Assembly (NCBI GenBank): GCA_951406725.2
Contig: OX597815.1
Coordinates: forward strand, 114,018,001-114,082,000
Direction: 5' to 3'
DNA length: 64,000 nt
DNA from: Octopus vulgaris
Lineage: Eukaryota
The translations under genes were made by a program, and so were the position numbers. Positions 1-14,182 of the stretch are shown here, in pieces. Under the pieces are notes generated by a model, which saw only the letters and a list, made by a program, of their open reading frames with translations, made no database searches and was not told the origin of the DNA. Numbering within the stretch: position 1 is the stretch's first letter; every line of letters begins with the position of its first letter.

Positions 1-3000
1 CTTAGCTTCATGTAAAAAAAGTAAAACAAATCTTCCTTTATATGGAATCTATCTGTGGTATGTTAAAACTCAACACTGTAGCTCAAACCTTTCTGTGAGA
101 AACTCTCCTAGCCTATGACACTATTTGGATCTTTGGAGAGCTAAATGTCTTGGCCATATACAACACAATGCCATTGACAGTATATGAACAACCAACTCCT
201 TAACTGATTGTCCAGTACCCTATAAATTTATCAGGTTGGCAGACTGTGGCAAATAGTGGTAGACACTATGCTTAGGGACAAAACCCAAATGGTTAAAATG
301 AACTTTGAATTCTTGACTTTGGAATTAGTGGTCTAGTATTTTAACTTCACAGCTCTTGTGTTTTATAGATTTGGAGCCTTATTTTTTTACATAATCACTA
401 TTATAAATAATACATAGGAAATAAAGTTTAAAGAAAACAAACAAAAAGCTGTAAAATGACTATTAAAATGTGAGCTATGTTAGTGTGCCATGAAGAAGGT
501 AATTTAATATTTTAGATAATAAACCTCAGTGTTAGTCTTTTACTGAGCTGACATGCCAACAATAGCACATCTGTAATCTCCTTGAATTTCTAGTAATGAT
601 GATAAAATGCAGAGCCTTCATTTTGATAACACAATTCAGTATTTAGCTGAAGGAACGGAAAAAGTGAAGTCTACTTCAGCTTAACAGCCATGTAAGAATA
701 ATTGTTTTCTATTAAGAAATAAAACTACCTTTAAAACAGAGGATGTGTACGCACAGGTGTACACCTTTAATATGCAATTTATGAATAATAATAATCATCG
801 TTTCCATTATAGGCACACAAGGCCTAAAATTTTAAAGGAGCAGGTGGTATAGTCAATTAAATCAACCCCAGTGCTCTACTGGTACTTATTTCACTGATCC
901 CCAAAAGAAGAAAGACTAAGTTGACCTTGGCTGAATTTGAACTCAGAATGTAAACACAAACAAAATGTTGCTAAAGCATTTTGTCTCTGTTCTAATGAAT
1001 CTGCTAGCTTGTTGCCTTAATTATAATAGTAATAGTAAATGCAAAGCTATTTAAACATTAAGCAAAAGAGAAGCTAATCAAACTTACCTGTTGAGGAGGC
1101 TGTCTGGAGAAGAAATGAAGATGTTTATAGAAATTAAGAAATTATAATATCTTTACTTATTGGATCTGTCTGTCTATGGTTTTACAAATTTACATATTGA
1201 AAAAAAAAAAATTAAAAGAAAAGCTTCAGCAAAGAACATCTCTGGAATTTCTGGATTTACTTTTTTAAAAAATAAACCGTTACTTTCACCACACAAGAAA
1301 ACCCTGCCAAAAAACAATTGTATGCCAACATTCTTATTGCAAAAAGATACCATATTCAACTACTATAAATGAAATGAAAATAAAATGGGTTTCATTAAAA
1401 TATCATTTGCAGCATTGAATGTATTCCAAAAGTGAAATATAGAAGATATTTTTGGATCTGTAGAGTGCTTGGCATTAGGAAGGGCACCCAGCAGTAGAAA
1501 CCATGCCAAAGCAGACAGTAGAGCTTGATGCAGTCTTCTGACTTGTCAGCTTCTGTTAAATTGTCCAACCCATGCCAGCATGGAAAATGGATGTTAAATG
1601 ATAATATGGATAAATGGTAAAACAATAGCAAACTATAAAGGTCTAAGAAGAAGCAGTTGCTTTTTGATAGTTCTTTTGTCTTGGATATAGAAAAGACAAG
1701 ACTGACTGTTACCAAACTGGCTTGTTTGTTGTCTTCAGAATTGAACATGGAGAGCTGAATAGTATAGCAACCAGATGACAAGTGTGACCATTGATGCATA
1801 AACTAGAACAATGCAGTTAAGTCTGATCTATTTCCTTCCTGGTTAAGGATATCAGTGTCAACAAATATTTGAAAGGAGAACACAAATTTCCCAATATCAC
1901 TGATAACTCGTTAATTTCTTCAGTTTTGAGGAAATCAAGCTCTGTGGTATTTTCAGCAGATTTTGTTGAGAAAGGAAGAAAATCCAATAGATAAAATGAA
2001 GAATTAGATGAGTAAATGCTATCAATTGATAACTGGAGGCTCAGAAACATTGTGGAAGTAGAACAGATGAAACAGCATTGCAATGCAAGACTTTTTGTCA
2101 TGTTTACAGGCATTTAAGATGTGAACTTTGTTAAAGAAGAAACTAATGAAGCATTTATTTATGCTGATTTCTTGTTTACATATTTAACCATGGTATGTAC
2201 ATGTAAAATATCTGAGCCAGTGAGAGTTAACTGCATTGGCTGTGCTAATTCCAGTGGCCTGGAGCAAGCCATCAACCTTTCAGCAAATAAACTGTCGTTC
2301 TAAAAGCTAGACCAGGTATGACTTGTATCACTGGTTATTATGAGAACAATGTTATTTAGGGAATTCCAAACAAATTTGCTTGATTCATACAGTATTATTA
2401 TTGTGATTCCCTTAAATAAATACTTCCCATTCAGTATTAAAGTAAAAAAAAAAAAATTTTTTAAACCTTGTCTGCTACTTTTGAACTTTTTAGTGCATGC
2501 TTTATGATTTTGTGTGTGTACATTGTTAACTGATGACTGACCTACAAACAATAACAAGAATGTTTATTTTGAGAGGACCACATCAGCTGTCAGTCACCTG
2601 TATAATATAAATTATACTTGGCAGTAAATTGCTTTGGTTGCTAAAATATTTTTATAGTTTCAAACTCTGTTGCACAGATGTCATCACATGCTACTTACTG
2701 GAAGTGTATGTTTCTCTATGGCCTACATATTTACCAGGTAACTTAACCAATCTTATGAGAAACCTCTTGTTATAAAACTTTTCTTCTGATAATTGAATTT
2801 ATAAAACCATCAACTCATACAAGCTGTAGAGTATGGAGATAATGTGAATAAGCAATAAGAAAAAAGTTTTATAGTTGAAAGAAGAATAGTGACACAGCAT
2901 GGCAAAATAGTCTTCAAAATTGTGATAATGTTAGTACTCTGTCACTATCTTAGTGGAATACAGGAACTGATCACATTTGTCCACTGGGAAATTATTTCTG

Positions 3001-5045
3001 AACATCTGTGGCTGAACCACATAAGAGGATGCAAATTAAGAGTGTTATTCATACATTTTCTAATTATTTAAGCTGCATGAAGTGAAATGGAAGAGAAATC
3101 ACAACAACCAGGATTTGACACCAGGGCAAGCAACTTATTATATTCTACTATAACTGCCATTATACAAAAAAAAAAAAAAATGGAAACTGAATCTGTTACA
3201 TACACCCTCTCTCCTACATGCTTTTTGCTTTTATTTACATATTTTAAAGAATTATTTTTCTCTGGTGGCAAGTACCCATGTGCAAAAAAGTAAGTTCTTT
3301 GCAAGCCAAGACAGGAAACTGGTTTCATTCCTTGTTGCAAATCATTTCAGTTCAGTTCACTTACACTGTTGCATCTTCTTCTATCTCTGTCCTTAGACGT
3401 AAATCAAGTTGATGGGAATTTGAAACTGGAGCCTAAATAGTTATAATCTAGTGTTGTGGTGTTTTTGAAGCACTATACCAATTGTTAGGCTATTCCAGAT
3501 GTAAGCCAATCATTCACTTATATTGACTAGTAATGAATGGCTACTTAAGAATAATGTTGATATATTAAATGGCTGTGTGGTTAACAAGTTCACTTTCAAA
3601 TTACATGATGTCAAGTTCATTTCTACAGTGTGGCACCTTGAATGAAGAGCCTTAAACCAACCAAAACATTGTGAGTGGACTTGATTGAAAACTGAAAAAG
3701 AAGCCTATTATATATTTATATATGCTTGTGTGCATTTATGTATGCCACTTTCCAATTCAAAATTCACACAATTTGTTGGCATTTTTCTTGCTTGTTCACT
3801 TTGTGCCTTTGTTGCTGTATGGTAGAAGAAATCCCTTACTTTATAGCATAGTCATATAACCCATGCTAACATTGGTAAAAAAGGATGTAAAATGAACAAA
3901 ATGAAATCATAACTCAATTATTTCTTCAAAAGCTGTCAAAATTCTTGGTGCATCATTGCAACTTGGTGACAAACACACTTCCAGTATAACCCTCAGATAG
4001 CTAAAATGACTCTTCTACAATGTGAACTACTTCAGGTATTTAGCACACGGTCTCAGATTGAAGTCACTGAACACATAGAACGCCAAAATTGATATGTTTT
4101 CTTATTATTTAAAGCCAGATGTATTATATTTTAGTTTTCATTATCAAAAGGTATGTAATTTAGTCACTTACCTTCACATTAATCTCTCTTGAATATAAAA
4201 AAAAAACCCTAATCATATTTACTAAAATCAAAGCCATCTTCTGTAACAGAAAATGTAAAACAAAATACTGAATATTGCATTGCACATATTTAATTAGCGA
4301 TATTAAAAACCACACAAACTTGTATGTGTGTATGTATATATGTATTATTTTGAACATGACTGTTCTCAAATTTGTTTATTTGTATTTGTTTGGATTGGAA
4401 AACTTAAAATAAGTGCATTCACAAATCTGGATCTCTTCAATATTTTATCATTGGCAAGAATCATTAGAATGACATATTAATGATGATATTCTCATTGCCA
4501 GATTTAAAGTTTTAACAATCAGGAATTGATCTCTTGTTTCTTATTAATCACCATTTCATCTAGAAGATGAGACAGGAAAGTTCTAGGAACATAAAAGGAT
4601 TAAGAAATTTTTTATTAGTTTGTTCTGGAGGAAGGGGCTGTACCCTCTAAGTCTGGTAAGATTAATGCTAGTAATGTTTTGCCTAGGTCAGGTTTGGGCA
4701 ATCTTTTTCAGTGTGCTACACAGGACATGGCTCATCATCAGGCAAGCACCACTGCTGGAAAAAATCCAAAGTAATCTTTTATTTTAGTATGTCACCCAGA
4801 AAGTCCTGTGAGCCACAGTGTGTTTGTGAGTGACTTAAACTGTTGCAAACCAGCAACTGTAAGAAACAAATGTGTAGGGAGAGGGAATTCTAAAGGGCTA
4901 ACATTCTGGGAGACAGGGTGTAGTGGTTAATGCAGGTATGAAAGGTGGGCATGATATGGTGAAGAGAGGAGGAGCTGTCAGTTGAAAGCACTTGAATAAA
5001 ACTGAATTAGAGAATACAGTTCTATATTTAAGAGATGAGGTATTA

Positions 5046-5722
5046 TGTACATTATTTACATTTGGCGGATACTTGTCCTCATCTTATTTGTTGTTAACAC
5101 AATGTTTCGGTGGATATACCCTCCAGATTTCATCAGTTGTCTTGAAATTTCGAACCTGGGTTCTCATTCCTAAGGTATTTTTGATGTTATTATTATTATT
5201 GAGTGAGAGAGCAGTGCATGCCATCAAAGTGACACTGGGGTAAAATATACGAAGCCCAGTATACCCATCTGATAAGGGTACACTAGGCACATGCATCACA
5301 ACCATGTGTGCGCGACATGGTGATCTCATATCAAGATAAACAGCACATGACCGTGCAGGTGGGGCCCAGTTAGAATTTTCTTCTGTTCGAGTAACACATC
5401 CTGCTCAAAAGGTCCTTGAATAAGGGTTGTTTAAGGATGTTGAACGAAGCACCCATGTTTCCAGAGGTGAATTATTCAAACCCCAAAGAATCCCTCTCAA
5501 TACATGGCTATGATGCTCCTCAACTACTTTTGCTCATGATCAGAGATGCACATATCGTCAGCCTCTAAGGGACATGCTCAGCTGGTTATGGTCAAACAAC
5601 TGACAAGCAAATCTGTGGTATTGAGCAGAATATTTGCTGTAGCCCATCTTTTATACCGAGACAAAACAATGTACATGATAACACTTCCTATTATTATTAT
5701 TATTCAGGTCACTGCCTGGAAT
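5046..5722 (-). mobile_element. Inverted, 5'-truncated copy of the 5731-5970 element, split by a ~490-bp unrelated insertion (5201-5688) in its (AAT)n tract
   Basis: 5046-5200 is the reverse complement of about 5806-5970; 5689-5722 is the reverse complement of about 5788-5820. Confidence 0.7.
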
Positions 5723-5730
5723 ATGCCCAC

Positions 5731-5970
5731 AGGCATATGGCATAGTGGTTAAGAGCGTGGGCTACTAACCCCAAGATTCCGAATTCGATTCCAGGCAGTG
5801 ACCTGAATAATAATAATAATAATAACAACAACATCGAAAAGTACCTTAAGAATGAGAACTCAGCATCGAAATTTCCTCGAGGTATCTGATGAAGGCTGGA
5901 GGATATATCAGCCGAAACATGTTAACAACAAACAAGATGAGGACAAATATCCAGCATATGTAAATAATAT
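5731..5970 (+). mobile_element. tRNA-headed SINE-like repeat with (AAT)n spacer and a Penelope-like tail containing a hammerhead-like core
   Basis: A box TGGCATAGTGG, B box-like AATTCGATTCC; CTGATGA (5886-5892), GGCTG/CAGCC stem, GAAA (5914-5917). Confidence 0.65.
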
Positions 5971-6767
5971 GATTTAGAGAAGTAGAAACTGTTGAGTTAA
6001 AGAGAAGACACAACACATCTGACAACCTTTGTCTAGTTGTGGTCTTAGATGTGCATGTAGCAGCAGCACAATTCTAAATGTGAAAGCCATAGTCCATAGT
6101 GCCTTTCATTTGAGCTTTCTTGAAGATTAATAGTAGTTGAAGACTGAAGTATTTTCTGGCTCTGAAGAGAAAAGTAGTCTTAGTGATGTTAAAATACGTT
6201 TGCCTGTAGAGATCTTCTAATAGTGAGGCCAGCATTTTCAAGGGCTTTGCTTTTGTGCTGCTTATGTGGTGTGATAAAGTTACAACTGTTGAAGGAGACC
6301 AGATTGACATGACTTCAATGGAAGATGATTTTAAGGTCTTGTTTATGGAGTTGGTGCAAACTTGATGTGAGCTGTCTTGCTTGCATGTAGATGACACAAA
6401 TATAAAGAGTTAATAAGAAAATATTTTTAAAAATGCTTAACAAAAATGATAAAATTTGAACACAGTCATGTTTTTAATAATATATGTTTAAAAGAAAAGA
6501 TATACACACACACACACACAATCACACACATTGTTAATTGTACATTAAAAAATGGTGAATCTGGTGTTAGTTTAAAAAAAAATTGACACATCTAATCATC
6601 TACAATGAAATTTGAAGAAAGAATCTGAAGGTAAGATTTTTCTTTTCCTTTTTTTTTTTTTTTTTGGCAAATCTATTGATAACTTTTTTAAAAATGTATA
6701 TCATTGTTGTTATTATTGCTTTTGTAACTTTTATTAGAAAAGAAATTATTATTATTGTAGTTATGGA

Positions 6768-6985
6768 GGCGGTGAACTGGCAGAATTGTTAGCAAGCTGG
6801 ACGAAATGCTTAGTGGCATTTTGCACATCTTTACGTTCTGGGTTCAAATTCTGCCAAGGTCAACTTTGCCTTTCATCCTTTTGGGGTCGATAAATTAAGT
6901 ACCAGTGAAACACTGGGGTCGATGTAATCGACTAGTCCCCTCCCCCAAAATTTCAGGCCTTGTGCCTATAGTAGAAAGGATTATT
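6768..6985 (+). mobile_element. SINE family A (tRNA-like head plus GCCTTTCATCC..GGGGTCGATAAA core, Meta-domain-like); other copies at about 801-1018(-), 8133-8340(+), 28692-28815(+), 41400-41632(+)
   Basis: Several similar dispersed copies; A/B boxes TGGCAGAATTG and GGTTCAAATTC; A/T-rich tail. Confidence 0.8.
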
Positions 6986-7256
6986 ATAATAATTGTGGCT
7001 GAGCAAAGGTATTTTTTTTAATAGCTAGAAGTAAATGGAAAGTTGATGCACTAATAATACTAGTTTCTTGCATTGTTGTAAGAGTGACAAATTGTGGACA
7101 GTTCAGTGACACATAAAATGGTGAGGCTTTACACCAAGTGCAAAAAACAGGAATGGGAACTAACAAAAACATAACATACAATGAAATGAAATGCTACCAT
7201 TGTTGGTACAGGCACTTAGGACTAATCAGAGATCTCACAGATACTATTTTACCCTG

Positions 7257-7595
7257 ATAATAATAATAATAATAATAATAATGAAATTATTGTATACAGT
7301 GCTCAGGTGCACCACAACTTGTCAGAAAGTGCATATAAAGTACATGCAGTAGTGTAGAAATGTCTGGGTGTATGGAGGGGAGAAAATCAAGTGTAGTGTT
7401 GGCGAATCTCAGGAAGCATGGAAGTCTTGAAGGAAGCAGTGCTCCGACAACTAACAACCGATGTCGGCAGTTTGTTCCACGCTTCAGCAACTCTCAGCGT
7501 GAAAAAATGTTTCCTGAAGTCATGGGAGCTGTGCTGTTTTCTTACTTTGTAAATATGTCCACGGGTGTTAGATGGGTGGAGTTTGAAGAGGTGTA
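7257..7595 (-). mobile_element. Short 3' fragment of the CR1-type LINE with (ATT)n tail
   Basis: TGTATACAGTGCTCAGGTGCAC and CCACGCTTCAGCAAC..GAAAAAATGTTTCC..GTCATGGGAGCTGTGCTGTTTTCT shared with the 36.2-36.5 kb copy. Confidence 0.8.
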
Positions 7596-10500
7596 GACAC
7601 GCATGGGTAGGGAGTTGCTTAAGTCAATCTCAGTATTTGATAGGCACTTTATTCTGTTAATTCTGTGAAGGATTAAATATGAACTTAGCTTCAACAAGAT
7701 TTAAACAACAAATGTGAAGAACCAGAACATATAGTCCCAAGACATTTTTGTCCAACATTCTAATGATTCTGCCAATCCATCTTCATAATATAAAAAATAA
7801 TCACCCCTATATACACATAGCTCTGACTACCTCCACTCTTACCTCTATCTTGCACTCTCTTACAACCTTTACCCCACCCTACCCTTAAGCTCTGCATTAC
7901 TCATCCCTTCATCCCTCTTCTATTTCCTGTATTATTCTGCTGATCACCTCCCTTTCTCTATTGCCAGTTTTCATTCCCATCTTCCTTGAGCTACTTTTGT
8001 TGACATTTACCCCTCAATTCATCTACAATTAGCCACTCCCTTTGCCATTTGTTATATTCACCCACCCCTACTTCTAACCATCTCTCAGTATCCACCAAAC
8101 ACTCATTCTTATGATATTTACCCATCATTAAGGCTGAAACGTTGGCACACTGGGCGAAATGCTTAGCGGTATTTTGTCTGTCTTTATGTTATGAGTTCAA
8201 ATTCTGCCATAGTTGACTTTGCCTTTCATCCTTTCGGGGTCAATAAATTAAGTACCAGTTGTGTACTGGGGGTTGATCTAATCGACTGGCCCCCTCACCC
8301 AAAATTTTAAGCCTTGTGCCTAGAGTAGAAAAGAATATTTACCTACCATCCTTCCTGATCTTTTGTCTCCATGCTCTCTTCTGTTCACTTTCTTGTACCT
8401 TGAGGATACATTCTGGCACCTAATCACTTCCATCTTTCTTTCCAGTTCTACTCTCACCCATATATAATGTAGATTAATCATAAATCTTATACACAACAAC
8501 AAACTTGTTCCTGTCCCTCCCATCATGTTTTAACTCCTCAATACCTCACATAAAGCCACCTTCCCTACTATACTCCCTATCAGATGATGAGGTTCTTAAG
8601 TCTTGCTAGTTACAAAACAATTTCACTCGTGCTGATGCCATGAAAAACCACCTACTACATTGTGTGAAGTGGTTGACATTAGGGAGGGCATCCTGTCATA
8701 GAAACCATGCCAAAACAGACTCTAGAGCAAGATGTGGTCCAACAACTGGTTGGATCCTGTGAAGCCCATGCCAAAAATGTGTGGCTTGTAAGGAATTTCC
8801 CTGAGCATCTGTTATCTGAGTTAAAAAAAAAACACATGGACTATTTAGTGATCATTTTCATGATATTAAAGGTATGAGATTAGCAGAATCACAATGTTGA
8901 ACTACTTTGCAGTTTTTATTTTGGCTTTTCATGTTCTCAGTTCAAATTGCATTGAAGTCACCTTGCTTTTATCTATCTAAGGCTGGTAAAGTACCAGTCA
9001 AGTACTGAGGTTGATTTGATTGCCTGCCATTCTATGCTGACATATAACTAGTGTGGTACTGTAGATCTTCAAATGACTAATAGAAGCCAATAACATCATA
9101 GCAATTCTTTTGGGATGAACAGAATTAAATAAAATGCCACCTACAGTTCCTAAGATCAGTAGGGTAGTGTGCTACAAGAGCTCCTCTTCACCAGCCAAGT
9201 ATAACAACATCAACATTTGCAAGTACTTCTAAAGAACTAGCACTATTACAAAAACTGGAGGTTGGGTATGCAAAAGTCAAAAGTTATGAAGAGATAATAG
9301 GAAGGCATTTTCCCAGCAGTGGGAGAGAAATGGCTAATTTAATAGGTTGATTAATATCTCATTGACATTCTCCTTAAACTAAAGGCTGAGCTGTTGTTAG
9401 TTTTGTTTTGTTTTGAAGGTACTATAAATAGCTGGTCTCTAGTAATTTAAAGTCATGTGACTGAATTAGAAATTATCTCTAATTCTTAAAAATCTACTGA
9501 AGTAATTAAATACCAATTTATGTATTTGAAGAGCCACTCAACCCACAGAACTTGATGCTTAATCACTCATTAAAAACAAATGGTCTGATTAAAAAGCAAA
9601 AAGAAAGGAGCTAAATCATTTTTAGATAAATAATTGTAATAACTTCAAGGACAACAACAGAAAGTAGAGACTGAGCTAAAAGTTGTGTGATATCATCATG
9701 TCAGAAAGTTAAATAATATTATATTTTCTGTAGTGCCCTTCAGTGTTGTACGAAATCAAAGGTATTTGAAGAATAAGTGTTATTAATGAAAAAAAGGAAG
9801 GTGCATATTGTTGGATGCCCATTTATTTTCACTATTTTAGTCTACTGAGTTGTGGTGGTACTTACTGTAGTCATTGTTGCAGAGTGCAGAATAAAATGAT
9901 AATACTGTGTTGTAAGTTGAAATTTCAAATATAAGGTAGTAGTAGGTTAACCTTTCTGGGTGCTGCTCCTAGCCTTACCAGCTCTTGTTAAACTGATCAA
10001 CCCATGTCTTAAAACAATGATGATGATTATATATATATTATACTATGTTTTATTCACTGATGCAACATAAAATAGCAACAATAATAGAGAATAATAAATG
10101 GGCCAAGAAATTTAATTTTAATAGCATTTTTTTAAAAATTTGCGATGTAGACAGAATTTATGGGTTTTTTTCTTTTGCTGTTCATATTATTTGTCAAACT
10201 GAGGTTAGACAATGTTAACCTCAGCCATGACTAAGCAAATGTTAACCCCAAATCAACTATCACCATTTCATCCTTCCTAAAGATGTTATCCAATGTATTC
10301 TTGCTTTATTAAGAGAGTGGAGCAACATATTTTGTGGAAGGATTGGTTGCCATTTCTAGCAAGCTGAGCTGTTACATTGAGATACCTTCATTATCTTTAA
10401 TATTTGTTTCTAGAATTGTGGAACCAACAGAAGTAATAATATCAGATAAAAGTGCTCACTTTTGAGTTCAAATTCTGATTAGGGTATAATTAATTATATT

Positions 10501-12799
10501 AAAGTCACTGAGTATAAAACTATACCCTAATCCTTGTTAAGCTTGTTTTCCTGCTACTTTTCTGAATGTTATGCTGGATAGTGATGGGTGATGTGATCAA
10601 CAAATCTGAGTAAGCTCATTCAAATGGCTTTTATAGAAACAATTATAATTATTTGTTACTCCAGTGTTACACAAACCAGTTACTTGACTTTTACAGTCTG
10701 TTAATAGTTTTCAACCATCTCCAACAAGACACATAGCAAGCTTTTGTCATTGGTGTGTAGCACCAGCTTAGCATTGTAAGATGTAACTATGATTCCACTT
10801 CACTTAGGGCTATACTACACATTTCATCAATGTTTAATCACATGACATGCAGTGTGACTTTCTAGTTTGCTCTACTGTCTAGTCTATTGCAGTATAGCTG
10901 TAATGTTTAACCTCAGGTCAACTCTGGCTGAACAAAGACGTTCCATCCTTAACAATCCTTTGTTTCTTTACTTAAGAGTTAGATGTATTTTGAAGGAGAT
11001 TTCTCTGCTCTTTGTAGCAGTTTCATGTCATCTCTATGCTTGTAGATCCACAATGGCAACAAGTGAGGTAGACTTTGTTACAGCACAATAATAGTTATTG
11101 TTTTGCACATACCAGTGGTGATGTGTATCCCAGCACTGTGTTTGATAATAGTATTCTTGAGTGTATATGATATGAATGTGTATCTGGACTGAGTAGGAGA
11201 GAGAGACAGGTTTAGCAGCTATTGTGTGTGATTGTTTCTACAAGAGTCAACTGCAGTTTGAAGGATTGTGGAAATTTTTTTGTGTGTGAGTTGTTTTGTA
11301 AACAAAAATTGAGTGGTTCTTCAAATTCAAATATTAGTTTCAAATTTTGGAGACAGATATTTCATAATTGAAAGTTTTTTTCTAACTTCTATCAATTTGA
11401 GTACAAAGTTTCCACCTGAAGCTAAGAAAGTACCTTTTGGGATACAAGTGCAGGACATTAACCAATCAGTCTTTGCACCTCTTGGATACAATTTGACTGT
11501 TAAGCTGACATTAAATGGTTAAAATAGAATTTGCTTCAATAGCTTAAGGTTGAGAAATTTTGAGAAAGAGACCTGTAGGATGCCAACAATGAATTAAGCT
11601 GGTCTGGAACTGAAGATTCTGCAAATGAAAACTGATACAAAATAACTGAAGCTAAAAAGTAACTATTCTAGAATGTTTCTTTGAAAAATACTGTCATGCG
11701 ATAAGGAATTTCAAAATCTGCTTACTGATTGTATGTATGCAAATGAAATTCAGCTTACATGTAATATAAACAAATACTCATATGATCACATAGTTCTTTC
11801 TACTATAGGCACAAGTCTTGAAAATTTTGAGGAAGGGGCTAGTCAATTTCATCATCTCTAGTGTTTGACTGATGCTTATTTTATTGATTCTAAAACTATA
11901 ATAGTATAAATGAGAAAACATTGATACACACACACATATATATATATATTTGCTAACACTATGTAAGAATTCATACAGACATATAATTCACAATATATTC
12001 ATATTTAGATGCAATGCATACACAAACATACATTTCTATACATTTACACAAGAATTACAATAAACATATTTGTATATATGTGTGAATATATAATATATAT
12101 ATATATATGCATTGTGTGTGCAGTGTATGGTGTGTACATAGACATGTGTATATGTAAGCTGAATTTCTTTTCACATACATCAATCTGAGTAGATCTTGAA
12201 AATCTTTATCACATGACAATTTAGCAGTTTTTGAAGATATTTTCTAGAATATTCAATTATCCTGTTCAGTTTGACAAATAGTTTGGCTCAGAATTCCAAG
12301 CCCTTGAATCACTTAAGTAACTTCACAACTAATAGAAATTATGAATACACTGTTTTCTGTATCGAATTTTGATTCTCGTGGTTTAAAACTAGATGGATAT
12401 ATATTATTTTCTGTTGTGGGGTCAGTTGATGTAAGGAGAAATTAATATGTAATAGTTTAAATATTGGTGATAGAGGACAGGCAAAGTAATGACTGTGATA
12501 TATAAAGTTTAAAATAGTTTTTTTGGCAAAGCCAATGTTGTATCAATTTTGGATAAATTTATAATAAATTGAGATGGTAATATATCTCATATAACTTGGT
12601 ATTTTCAAATAGCTGCTAAATGATTATCAGGTATAAGAATCAAACTATTTTATCCATTCTTTATATATTTAGGAAATTTTTTTTTTACCTTACTACTGTA
12701 GTATTCTTCCAAATCTCAACTGAGATTTGTTATATCTCAGTGGAGTCTGTTTTTGATTCTGCTTGAACCAGCTGACACAGTCCAAACAACCTTTTTTAA

Positions 12800-13015
12800 C
12801 CTTTTAGCATTCAGATTACTCTGCCAAGTGCAATACTTATTTATTCACATTGTTTTGAATTAATTACGCATTATTTTGTAGCTTTGAGATTTTGATGACA
12901 TGATTGTTCAATTTTAGAATGACATCGTAGGATAGGTGTGAGAAGCTAGATTTGGCTGGTTTGAACATAAAACAGAATATTTGGGACAAATATGGCCAGT
13001 CTAAATGCTAAATGT
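12800..13015. mobile_element. piggyBac-like MITE
   Basis: TTAA on both sides; imperfect 16-bp TIR CCTTTTAGCATTCAGA / TCTAAATGCTAAATGT. Confidence 0.6.
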
Positions 13016-13516
13016 TTAATATGGCACTGTTGGTGCTGATATCTATTCCTTGGATTAGGTGCCACAAAACTAGCTATTATTTCCTGGTCTAAATTTATAA
13101 CAATCTAATTCAATTATTTTCTTTTTATTTTCATACAAAAAAGTGGGTTGGATCTATAAATTTACAGATCAGCTCTCCTAGCCTGTAAAGAAATATTGCC
13201 ATGAAGATCATGTCAGTATCAGGAAACATATCTTAGCATTTGTAGCTTCCCTGATTAGTTATACTTGAAGATCACAATATAGGCAAAACCAGTGAATAGT
13301 CATACATTTCTGTAATAAATAACAGAACAAACTGACTTGACCAAGTGTGCTTGTTAATAGGTTATCTGGCATGTTCACTAAGATGGCAGATTGAATAACA
13401 ACTACAAATAAAGGTAAACTATGATTGAAAAACAATCAGTGTATAGGCTGTAGTAAACTTCAGTATGAATGTAGCTAAGACTCATATTTAGACAGACCAT
13501 GGTCTAATGTACAAAT

Positions 13517-13574
13517 TTTATCTCCTTAATATTAACTGAATTCTGTTTATCTCCTTAATATTAACTGAATTCTG
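13517..13574. repeat. Perfect 29-bp tandem duplication
   Basis: TTTATCTCCTTAATATTAACTGAATTCTG x2. Confidence 0.9.
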
Positions 13575-14182
13575 TTCATTCATATAACCTAAATTACTGA
13601 AAACTAGTTCTGTATCAATGTATTTGTGTAACTTCCCTGGAAAAATGAATCTGTTTTGTCAATATTTAAGCCCAAATGATTCAACTCATGGCAACTGACT
13701 TTGACATGTCACAGACAAATTTTCGTTTATTTATTAGTTGCTGCCTACATAGATCCTCACCATTTTCCTTCAATTCTTGATTTTTGTCTAACCTATGGAG
13801 TTAGTGATACTTAAAATGTGGTTGTTGGGAAGAGTTATGTTAGACAGGTACAATTTTGGTATTTTGTAATTATATTGATAGCTTCCATGATGTACATTAA
13901 GATTTCTTTTTTTTTCAGGATTTTTTTCAAGTTCTTTGATGAAACAGGTTTGCTTTTTGCAAATCAAAATTATTTTGTGTTTAATTTCTCAAAGTGAGAA
14001 AAAATTTGCAACACACTTGTATAGCCTTGTATGGAATTGCAGGAAAGCTGTGATGAGGATATTGTATCTTATGATGGATCTGACTTTTCACTAAATGAAA
14101 TGCCTTTCTCTTGATCATAATTTCACAAAGTTTGTCCTCACTAACTCTTTGGTTTAAATTTAGATTTATTTTTTTATTTCAG

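Noticed and set aside
1395-2557. Chain of 85-134 aa minus-strand ORFs
   Set aside because: No recognisable domain or consistent splice structure; partly SINE, the rest probably decayed repeat.
5731-5805. Possible tRNA gene
   Set aside because: The acceptor and T stems pair poorly and it runs into a repeat body; it is better read as a SINE head.
6600-6636. Plus-strand donor GAAG|GTAAGA as a possible upstream exon for the 14183 exon
   Set aside because: All three frames have stops just upstream and there is no nearby good acceptor.
13760-13815. PSILDFCLTYG, reminiscent of a LINE endonuclease motif
   Set aside because: Too short and interrupted by stops to support a call.
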